Below, one piece after another: positions 53,424-64,000 of a stretch of DNA of 64,000 bases (positions are counted from its first letter, which is position 1; every line of letters begins with the position of its first letter). Source of the DNA: Auanema rhodensis (taxonomy: Eukaryota; Animalia; Nematoda); NCBI GenBank assembly GCA_964057225.1, contig OZ059895.1:6882001-6946000 (forward strand), written 5' to 3'. The notes under the pieces are model-generated. The model was not told the origin of the DNA, searched no databases, and was given only the letters and a program-made list of their open reading frames with translations. The position numbers were made by a program, and so were the translations under genes.

Positions 53424-56400
53424 GAAGCTTGTCTATCTCTTTACCGGAAATGTTTATTGTTCAGACAATCTCAGTCTAGAGTTTTGAATGTTCTTCTGAA
53501 CAGGAATACAGTGCACGTGCCATTTGCCTTGGGGTATTCAACTTCATTTTTGGTTTAATTACCCAAGTTTGAGGTACTTTGATGATTCAACAACGGTTAC
53601 ACCTGATGTTGAACTAAATTTTGGAAAGCTCACTATATGTGAGCAACATTGATATTTCATCTCTCTGAAGATTCGGAAGCTTGTCTATCTCTTGACCGGA
53701 AACTTTTATTGTTCAGACAATCTCAGTCTAGAGTTTTGAATGTTCTTCTGAACAGGAATACGGTGCACGTGCCATTTGCCTTGGGGTATTCAACTTCATT
53801 TTTGGTTTAATTACCCAAGTTTGAGGTACTTTGATGATTCAACAAAGGTTACACCTGATGTTGAACTAAATTTTGGAAAGCTCACTATATGTGAGCAACA
53901 TTGATATTTCATCTCTCTGAAGATTCGGAAGCTTGTCTATCTCTTGACCGGAAATGGTTATTGTTCAGACAATCTCAGTCTAGAGTTTTGAATGTTCTTC
54001 TGAACAGGAATACGGTGCACGTGCCATTTGCCTTGGGGTATTCATCTTCATCTTTGGTTTAATTACCCAAGTTTGAGGTACTTTGATGATTCAACAACGG
54101 TTACACCTGATGTTGAACTAAATTTTGGAAAGCTCACTATATGTGAGCAACATTGATATTCCATCTTTCTGAAGATTCTGAAGCTTGTCTATCTCTTGAT
54201 CGGAAATGTTTATTGTTCAGACAATCTCAGTCTAGAGTTTTGAATGTTCTTCTGAACAGGAATACGGTGCACGTGCCATTTGCCTTGGGGTATTCATCTT
54301 CATCTTTGGTTTAATTACCCAAGTTTGAGGTACTTTGATGATTCAACAACGGTTACACCTGATGTTGAACTAAATTTTGGAAAGCTCACTATATGTGAGC
54401 AACATTGATATTCCATCTTTCTGAAGATTCTGAAGCTTGTCTATCTCTTGACCGAAAATGTTCATTGTTCAGACAATCTCAGTCTAGAGTTTTGAATGTT
54501 CTTCTGAACAGGAATACGGTGCACGTGCCATTTGCCTTGGGGTATTCAACTTAATTTTTGGTTTAATTACCCAAGTTTGAGGTACTTTGATGATTCAACA
54601 ACGGTTACACCTGATGTTGAACTAAATTTTGGAAAGCTCACTATATGTGAGCAACATTGATATTCCATCTTTCTGAAGATTCTGAAGCTTGTCTATCTCT
54701 TGATCGGAAATGTTTATTGTTCAGACAATCTCAGTCTAGAGTTTTGAATGTTCTTCTGAACAGGAATACGGTGCACGTGCCATTTGCCTTGGGGTATTCA
54801 ACTTCATTTTTGGTTTAATTACCCAAGTTTGAGGTACTTTGATGATTCAACAAGGGTTACACCTGATGTTGAACTAAATTTTGGAAAGCTCACTATATGT
54901 GAGCAACATTGATATTCCATCTCTCTGAAGATTCGGAAGCTTGTCTATCTCTTGATCGGAAATGTTTATTGTTCAGACAATCTCAGTCTAGAGTTTTGAA
55001 TGTTCTTCTGAACAGGAATACGGTGCACGTGCCATTTGCCTTGGGGTATTCAACTTAATTTTTGGTTTAATTACCCAAGTTTGAGGTACTTTGATGATTC
55101 AACAACGGTTACACCTGATGTTGAACTAAATTTTGGAAAGCTCACTATATGTGAGCAACATTGATATTTCATCTCTCTGAAGATTCGGAAGCTTGTCTAT
55201 CTCTTTACCGGAAATGTTTATTGTTCAGACAATCTCAGTCTAGAGTTTTGAATGTTCTTCTGAACAGGAATACAGTGCACGTGCCATTTGCCTTGGGGTA
55301 TTCAACTTCATTTTTGGTTTAATTACCCAAGTTTGAGGTACTTTGATGATTCAACAACGGTTACACCTGATGTTGAACTAAATTTTGGAAAGCTCACTAT
55401 ATGTGAGCAACATTGATATTTCATCTCTCTGAAGATTCGGAAGCTTGTCTATCTCTTGACCGGAAACTTTTATTGTTCAGACAATCTCAGTCTAGAGTTT
55501 TGAATGTTCTTCTGAACAGGAATACGGTGCACGTGCCATTTGCCTTGGGGTATTCAACTTCATTTTTGGTTTAATTACCCAAGTTTGAGGTACTTTGATG
55601 ATTCAACAAAGGTTACACCTGATGTTGAACTAAATTTTGGAAAGCTCACTATATGTGAGCAACATTGATATTTCATCTCTCTGAAGATTCGGAAGCTTGT
55701 CTATCTCTTGACCGGAAATGGTTATTGTTCAGACAATCTCAGTCTAGAGTTTTGAATGTTCTTCTGAACAGGAATACGGTGCACGTGCCATTTGCCTTGG
55801 GGTATTCATCTTCATCTTTGGTTTAATTACCCAAGTTTGAGGTACTTTGATGATTCAACAACGGTTACACCTGATGTTGAACTAAATTTTGGAAAGCTCA
55901 CTATATGTGAGCAACATTGATATTCCATCTTTCTGAAGATTCTGAAGCTTGTCTATCTCTTGATCGGAAATGTTTATTGTTCAGACAATCTCAGTCTAGA
56001 GTTTTGAATGTTCTTCTGAACAGGAATACGGTGCACGTGCCATTTGCCTTGGGGTATTCATCTTCATCTTTGGTTTAATTACCCAAGTTTGAGGTACTTT
56101 GATGATTCAACAACGGTTACACCTGATGTTGAACTAAATTTTGGAAAGCTCACTATATGTGAGCAACATTGATATTCCATCTTTCTGAAGATTCTGAAGC
56201 TTGTCTATCTCTTGACCGAAAATGTTCATTGTTCAGACAATCTCAGTCTAGAGTTTTGAATGTTCTTCTGAACAGGAATACGGTGCACGTGCCATTTGCC
56301 TTGGGGTATTCAACTTAATTTTTGGTTTAATTACCCAAGTTTGAGGTACTTTGATGATTCAACAACGGTTACACCTGATGTTGAACTAAATTTTGGAAAG

Positions 56401-56699
56401 CTCACTATATGTGAGCAACATTGATATTCCATCTTTCTGAAGATTCTGAAGCTTGTCTATCTCTTGATCGGAAATGTTTATTGTTCAGACAATCTCAGTC
56501 TAGAGTTTTGAATGTTCTTCTGAACAGGAATACGGTGCACGTGCCATTTGCCTTGGGGTATTCAACTTAATTTTTGGTTTAATTACCCAAGTTTGAGGTA
56601 CTTTGATGATTCAACAAGGGTTACACCTGATGTTGAACTAAATTTTGGAAAGCTCACTATATGTGAGCAACATTGATATTCCATCTCTCTGAAGATTCG
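53424..56699 (+). repeat. Tandem duplication with 7-monomer offset (1764 bp)
   Basis: Private ACCGAAAATGTTCATT monomers start at 54432 and 56196. The TACAGTG, AAAGG, CATCTTCATC and GATCGG monomers match in order between 53424-55187 and 55188-56699. Confidence 0.88.
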
Positions 56700-59600
56700 A
56701 AAGCTTGTCTATCTCTTTACCGGAAATGTTTATTGTTCAGACAATCTCAGTCTAGAGTTTTGAATGTTCTTCTGAACAGGAATACAGTGCACGTGCCATT
56801 TGCCTTGGGGTATTCAACTTCATTTTTGGTTTAATTACCCAAGTTTGAGGTACTTTGATGATTCAACAACGGTTACACCTGATGTTGAACTAAATTTTGG
56901 AAAGCTCACTATATGTGAGCAACATTGATATTTCATCTCTCTGAAGATTCGGAAGCTTGTCTATCTCTTGACCGGAAATGTTTATTGTTCAGACAATCTC
57001 AGTCTAGAGTTTTGAATGTTCTTCTGAACAGGAATACGGTGCACGTGCCATTTGCCTTGGGGTATTCAACTTCATTTTTGGTTTAATTACCCAAGTTTGA
57101 GGTACTTTGATGATTCAACAAAGGTTACACCTGATGTTGAACTAAATTTTGGAAAGCTCACTATATGTGAGCAACATTGATATTTCATCTCTCTGAAGAT
57201 TCGGAAGCTTGTCTATCTCTTGACCGGAAATGGTTATTGTTCAGACAGTCTCAGTCTAGAGTTTTGAATGTTCTTCTGAACAGGAATACGGTGCACATGC
57301 CATTTGCCTTGGGGTATTCATCTTCATCTTTGGTTTAATTACCCAAGTTTGAGGTACATTGATAATTCAACAACGGTTACACCTGATGTTGAACTAAATT
57401 TTGGAAAGCTCACTATATGTGAGCAACATTGATATTCCATCTTTCTGAAGATTCTGAAGCTTGTCTATCTCTTGATCGGAAATGTTTATTGTTCAGACAA
57501 TCTCAGTCTAGAGTTTTGAATGTTCTTCTGAACAGGAATACGGTGCACGTGCCATTTGCCTTGGGGTATTCAACTTCATTTTTGGTTTAATTACCCAAGT
57601 TTGAGGTACTTTGATGATTCAACAAGGGTTACACCTGATGTTGAACTAAATTTTGGAAAGCTCACTATATGTGAGCAACATTGATATTCCATCTTTCTGA
57701 AGATTCTGAAGCTTGTCTATCTCTTGATCGGAAATGTTTATTGTTCAGACAATCTCAGTCTAGAGTTTTGAATGTTCTTCTGAACAGGAATACGGTGCAC
57801 GTGCCATTTGCCTTGGGGTATTCAACTTAATTTTTGGTTTAATTACCCAAGTTTGAGGTACTTTGATGATTCAACAAGGGTTACACCTGATGTTGAACTA
57901 AATTTTGGAAAGCTCACTATATGTGAGCAACATTGATATTTCATCTCTCTGAAGATTCGGAAGCTTGTCTATCTCTTGACCGGAAACTTTTATTGTTCAG
58001 ACAATCTCAGTCTAGAGTTTTGAATGTTCTTCTGAACAGGAATACGGTGCACGTGCCATTTGCCTTGGGGTATTCAACTTAATTTTTGGTTTAATTACCC
58101 AAGTTTGAGGTACTTTGATGATTCAACAAGGGTTACACCTGATGTTGAACTAAATTTTGGAAAGCTCACTATATGTGAGCAACATTGATATTTCATCTCT
58201 CTGAAGATTCGGAAGCTTGTCTATCTCTTGACCGGAAACTTTTATTGTTCAGACAATCTCAGTCTAGAGTTTTGAATGTTCTTCTGAACAGGAATACGGT
58301 GCACGTGCCATTTGCCTTGGGGTATTCAACTTAATTTTTGGTTTAATTACCCAAGTTTGAGGTACTTTGATGATTCAACAACGGTTACACCTGATGTTGA
58401 ACTAAATTTTGGAAAGCTCACTATATGTGAGCAACATTGATATTCCATCTTTCTGAAGATTCTGAAGCTTGTCTATCTCTTGATCGGAAATGTTTATTGT
58501 TCAGACAATCTCAGTCTAGAGTTTTGAATGTTCTTCTGAACAGGAATACGGTGCACGTGCCATTTGCCTTGGGGTATTCAACTTCATTTTTGGTTTAATT
58601 ACCCAAGTTTGAGGTACTTTGATGATTCAACAAGGGTTACACCTGATGTTGAACTAAATTTTGGAAAGCTCACTATATGTGAGCAACATTGATATTCCAT
58701 CTCTCTGAAGATTCGGAAGCTTGTCTATCTCTTGATCGGAAATGTTTATTGTTCAGACAATCTCAGTCTAGAGTTTTGAATGTTCTTCTGAACAGGAATA
58801 CGGTGCACGTGCCATTTGCCTTGGGGTATTCAACTTAATTTTTGGTTTAATTACCCAAGTTTGAGGTACTTTGATGATTCAACAAGGGTTACACCTGATG
58901 TTGAACTAAATTTTGGAAAGCTCACTATATGTGAGCAACATTGATATTCCATCTTTCTGAAGATTCTGAAGCTTGTCTATCTCTTGATCGGAAATGTTTA
59001 TTGTTCAGACAATCTCAGTCTAGAGTTTTGAATGTTCTTCTGAACAGGAATACGGTGCACGTGCCATTTGCCTTGGGGTATTCAACTTCATTTTTGGTTT
59101 AATTACCCAAGTTTGAGGTACTTTGATGATTCAACAAGGGTTACACCTGATGTTGAACTAAATTTTGGAAAGCTCACTATATGTGAGCAACATTGATATT
59201 TCTTCTCTCTGAACATTCGGAAGCTTGTCTATCTCTTGACCGGAAATGGTTATTGTTCAGACAATCTCAGTCTAGAGTTTTGAATGTTCTTCTGAACAGG
59301 AATACGGTGCACGTGCCATTTGCCTTGGGGTATTCAACTTCATTTTTGGTTTAATTACCCAAGTTTGAGGTACTTTGATGATTCAACAACGGTTACACCT
59401 GATGTTGAACTAAATTTTGGAAAGCTCACTATATGTGAGCAACATTGATATTTCATCTCTCTGAAGATTCGGAAGCTTGTCTATCTCTTGACCGGAAATG
59501 GTTATTGTTCAGACAATCTCAGTCTAGAGTTTTGAATGTTCTTCTGAACAGGAATACGGTGCACGTGCCATTTGCCTTGGGGCATTCATCTTCATCTTTG

Positions 59601-59962
59601 GTTTAATTACCCAAGTTTGAGGTACTTTGATGATTCAACAAGGGTTACACCTGATGTTGAACTAAATTTTGGAAAGCTCACTATATGTGAGCAACATTGA
59701 TATTTCTTCTCTCTGAACATTCGGAAGCTTGTCTATCTCTTGACCGAAAATGGTTATTGTTCAGACAATCTCAGTCTAGAGTTTTGAATGTTCTTCTGAA
59801 CAGGAATACGGTGCACGTGCCATTTGCCTTGGGGTATTCAACTTCATTTTTGGTTTAATTACCCAAGTTTGAGGTACTTTGATGATTCAACAAGGGTTAC
59901 ACCTGATGTTGAACTAAATTTTGGAAAGCTCACTATATGTGAGCAACATTGATATTTCATCT

Positions 59963-59989
59963 TTCTGAAGATTCTGAAGATTCTGAAGC
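59963..59989. repeat. 9-bp duplication giving three TTCTGAAG(A/C) units (261-bp monomer)
   Basis: TTCTGAAGA TTCTGAAGA TTCTGAAGC; phase shifts +9. Confidence 0.95.
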
Positions 59990-61483
59990 TTGTCTATCTC
60001 TTGACCGGAAATGGTTATTGTTCAGACAATCTCAGTCTAGAGTTTTGAATGTTCTTCTGAACAGGAATACGGTGCACGTGCCATTTGCCTTGGGGTATTC
60101 AACTTCATCTTTTGTTTAATTACCCAAGTTTGAGGTACTTTGATGATTCAACAAGGGTTACACCTGATGTTGAACTAAATTTTGGAAAGCTCACTATATG
60201 TGAGCAACATTGATATTTCATCTCTCTGAACATTCGGAAGCTTGTCTATCTCTTGACCGGAAATGGTTATTGTTCAGACAATCTCAGTCTAGAGTTTTGA
60301 ATGTTCTTCTGAACAGGAATACGGTGCACGTGCCATTTGCCTTGGGGTATTCAACTTCATTTTTGGTTTAATTACCCAAGTTTGAGGTACTTTGATGATT
60401 CAACAAGGGTTACACCTGATGTTGAACTAAATTTTGGAAAGCTCACTATATGTGAGCAACATTGATATTTCATCTCTCTGAACATTCGGAAGCTTGTCTA
60501 TCTCTTGACCGGAAATGGTTATTGTTCAGACAATCTCAGTCTAGAGTTTTGAATGTTCTTCTGAACAGGAATACGGTGCACGTGCCATTTGCCTTGGGGT
60601 ATTCAACTTCATTTTTGGTTTAATTACCCAAGTTTGAGGTACTTTGATGATTCAACAAGGGTTACACCTGATGTTGAACTAAATTTTGGAAAGCTCACTA
60701 TATGTGAGCAACATTGATATTTCATCTCTCTGAACATTCGGAAGCTTGTCTATCTCTTGACCGGAAATGGTTATTGTTCAGACAATCTCAGTCTAGAGTT
60801 TTGAATGTTCTTCTGAACAGGAATACGGTGCACGTGCCATTTGCCTTGGGGTATTCAACTTCATCTTTTGTTTAATTACCCAAGTTTGAGGTACTTTGAT
60901 GATTCAACAAGGGTTACACCTGATGTTGAACTAAATTTTGGAAAGCTCACTATATGTGAGCAACATTGATATTTCTTCTCTCTGAACATTCGGAAGCTTG
61001 TCTATCTCTTGACCGGAAATGGTTATTGTTCAGACAATCTCAGTCTAGAGTTTTGAATGTTCTTCTGAACAGGAATACGGTGCACGTGCCATTTGCCTTG
61101 GGGTATTCAACTTCATCTTTTGTTTAATTACCCAAGTTTGAGGTACTTTGATGATTCAACAAGGGTTACACCTGATGTTGAACTAAATTTTGGAAAGCTC
61201 ACTATATGTGAGCAACATTGATATTTCTTCTCTCTGAACATTCGGAAGCTTGTCTATCTCTTGACCGAAAATGGTTATTGTTCAGACAATCTCAGTCTAG
61301 AGTTTTGAATGTTCTTCTGAACAGGAATACGGTGCACGTGCCATTTGCCTTGGGGTATTCAACTTCATTTTTGGTTTAATTACCCAAGTTTGAGGTACTT
61401 TGATGATTCAACAAGGGTTACACCTGATGTTGAACTAAATTTTGGAAAGCTCACTATATGTGAGCAACATTGATATTTCATCT

Positions 61484-61510
61484 TTCTGAAGATTCTGAAG
61501 ATTCTGAAGC
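61484..61510. repeat. Second copy of the 9-bp duplication
   Basis: Same triple unit, 1521 bp (6x252+9) after the first, at the end of a matching ACCGAAAATGG monomer. Confidence 0.95.
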
Positions 61511-62465
61511 TTGTCTATCTCTTGACCGAAAATGGTTATTGTTCAGACAATCTCAGTCTAGAGTTTTGAATGTTCTTCTGAACAGGAATACGGTGCACAT
61601 GCCATTTGCCTTGGGGTATTCAACTTCATTTTTGGTTTAATTACCCAAGTTTGAGGTACTTTGATGATTCAACAACGGTTACACCTGATGTTGAACTAAA
61701 TTTTGGAAAGCTCACTATATGTGAGCAACATTGATATTTCTTCTCTCTGAACATTCGGAAGCTTGTCTATCTCTTGACCGGAAATGGTTATTGTTCAGAC
61801 AATCTCAGTCTAGAGTTTTGAATGTTCTTCTGAACAGGAATACGGTGCACGTGCCATTTGCCTTGGGGTATTCAACTTCATTTTTGGTTTAATTAGCCAA
61901 GTTTGAGGTACTTTGATGATTCAGCAACGGTTACACCTGATGTTGAACTAAATTTTGGAAAGCTCACTATATGTGAGCAACATTGATATTTCATCTCTCT
62001 GAAGATTCGGAAGCTTGTCTATCTCTTGACCGGAAACTTTTATTGTTCAGGCAATCTCAGTCTAGAGTTTTGAATGTTCTTCTGAACAGGAATACGGTGC
62101 ACGTGCCATTTGCCTTGGGGTATTCAACTTCATTTTTGGTTTAATTACCCAAGTTTGAGGTACTTTGATGATTCAACAACGGTTACACCTGATGTTGAAC
62201 TAAATTTTGGAAAGCTCACTATATGTGAGCAACATTGATATTTCATCTCTCTGAAGATTCGGAAGCTTGTCTATCTCTTGACCGGAAACTTTTATTGTTC
62301 AGGCAATCTCAGTCTAGAGTTTTGAATGTTCTTCTGAACAGGAATACGGTGCACGTGCCATTTGCCTTGGGGTATTCAACTTCATTTTTGGTTTAATTAC
62401 CCAAGTTTGAGGTACTTTGATGATTCAACAAGGGTTACACCTGATGTTGAACTAAATTTTGGAAA

Positions 62466-62478
62466 GCTCACCATTGAT
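62466..62478. other. 13-bp deletion junction (TATATGTGAGCAA lost; 239-bp monomer)
   Basis: GCTCAC|CATTGAT instead of GCTCACTATATGTGAGCAACATTGAT; junction after 62471. Confidence 0.95.
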
Positions 62479-63964
62479 ATTTCTTCTCTCTGAACATTCG
62501 GAAGCTTGTCTATCTCTTGACCGGAAATGGTTATTGTTCAGACAATCTCAGTCTAGAGTTTTGAATGTTCTTCTGAACAGGAATACGGTGCACGTGCCAT
62601 TTGCCTTGGGGTATTCAACTTCATTTTTGGTTTAATTACCCAAGTTTGAGGTACTTTGATGATTCAACAACGGTTACACCTGATGTTGAACTAAATTTTG
62701 GAAAGCTCACTATATGTGAGCAACATTGATATTTCATCTCTCTGAAGATTCGGAAGCTTGTCTATCTCTTGACCGGAAATGTTTATTGTTCAGACAATCT
62801 CAGTCTAGAGTTTTGAATGTTCTTCTGAACAGGAATACGGTGCACGTGCCATTTGCCTTGGGGTATTCAACTTCATTTTTGGTTTAATTACCCAAGTTTG
62901 AGGTACTTTGATGATTCAACAACGGTTACACCTGATGTTGAACTAAATTTTGGAAAGCTCACTATATGTGAGCAACATTGATATTTCATCTCTCTGAAGA
63001 TTCGGAAGCTTGTCTATCTCTTGACCGAAAATGGTTATTGTTCAGACAATCTCAGTCTAGAGTTTTGAATGTTCTTCTGAACAGGAATACGGTGCACGTG
63101 CCATTTGCCTTGGGGTATTCAACTTCATTTTTGGTTTAATTACCCAAGTTTGAGGTACTTTGATGATTCAACAACGGTTACACCTGATGTTGAACTAAAT
63201 TTTGGAAAGCTCACTATATGTGAGCAACATTGATATTTCATCTCTCTGAAGATTCGGAAGCTTGTCTATCTCTTGACCGGAAACTTTTATTGTTCAGGCA
63301 ATCTCAGTCTAGAGTTTTGAATGTTCTTCTGAACAGGAATACGGTGCACGTGCCATTTGCCTTGGGGTATTCAACTTCATCTTTTGTTTAATTACCCAAG
63401 TTTGAGGTACTTTGATGATTCAACAACGGTTACACCTGATGTTGAACTAAATTTTGGAAAGCTCACTATATGTGAGCAACATTGATATTTCATCTCTCTG
63501 AAGATTCGGAAGCTTGTCTATCTCTTGACCGGAAATGTTTATTGTTCAGACAATCTCAGTCTAGAGTTTTGAATGTTCTTCTGAACAGGAATACGGTGCA
63601 CGTGCCATTTGCCTTGGGGTATTCAACTTCATTTTTGGTTTAATTACCCAAGTTTGAGGTACTTTGATGATTCAACAACGGTTACACCTGATGTTGAACT
63701 AAATTTTGGAAAGCTCACTATATGTGAGCAACATTGATATTTCATCTCTCTGAAGATTCGGAAGCTTGTCTATCTCTTGACCGGAAATGTTTATTGTTCA
63801 GACAATCTCAGTCTAGAGTTTTGAATGTTCTTCTGAACAGGAATACGGTGCACGTGCCATTTGCCTTGGGGTATTCAACTTCATTTTTGGTTTAATTACC
63901 CAAGTTTGAGGTACTTTGATGATTCAACAAGGGTTACACCTGATGTTGAACTAAATTTTGGAAA

Positions 63965-63977
63965 GCTCACCATTGAT
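63965..63977. other. Second copy of the 13-bp deletion
   Basis: Identical junction after 63970, 1499 bp (6x252-13) downstream, with the same TTTCTTCTC...GAACATT right flank. Confidence 0.95.
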
Positions 63978-64000
63978 ATTTCTTCTCTCTGAACATTCGG

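Larger units (their letters stand above)
1..64000. repeat. Tandem satellite DNA array, 252-bp monomer, 254 copies, single orientation, running off both window edges
   Basis: GAAGCTTGTC recurs at 1, 253, 505 ... 1261, 2521 ... 41329 (period 252). The phase shifts only by -1, +9, +9, -13, -13, so 254x252-9=63999 and base 64000 starts the next unit. No non-repeat sequence seen. Confidence 0.99.

Noticed and set aside
1-64000. CRISPR array or other repeat-spacer system
   Set aside because: No unique spacers; the whole 252 bp repeats with point variants only, and there are no cas-like ORFs.
1-64000. One fixed-period HOR across the whole window
   Set aside because: Block offsets vary (5, 6, 7, 9-10, 16-17, ~29-34 monomers) and each block has only two to three copies.
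1-64000. Synthetic concatemer or sequencing artefact such as rolling-circle reads
   Set aside because: Variants are linked in haplotypes, spatially clustered and copied in ordered blocks, and indels are rare. This fits a natural evolving array rather than random error.

Overview
The whole 64,000-bp window is one uninterrupted, head-to-tail tandem array of a 252-bp satellite monomer: 254 monomers plus 1 base, about 38% GC, T-rich on the + strand. By eye, copies differ from the consensus at only 0-6 positions. I found only five length changes: a 1-bp deletion (~41452-41455), two 9-bp duplications (~59971, ~61492) and two 13-bp deletions (after 62471 and 63970). I saw no inversion, transposon insertion, unique sequence, RNA gene or credible protein-coding gene, and both ORF-track calls are by-products of single mutations in one monomer. 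The organisation matches a eukaryotic satellite array, plausibly centromeric or pericentromeric (inference); I cannot name the family or organism. The informative content is (i) nested, irregular block duplications of 5-17 monomers, with a ~29-34-monomer echo, revealed by shared rare variants; (ii) spatially restricted variant domains; (iii) a monomer almost tiled by short dyad symmetries; and (iv) a visible stepwise route from substitutions to a 9-bp micro-duplication. I do not see evidence for a novel gene-encoded system. Monomer positions below count from the G preceding the HindIII site AAGCTT (window base 1 = monomer position 1). All variant calls were made by eye.
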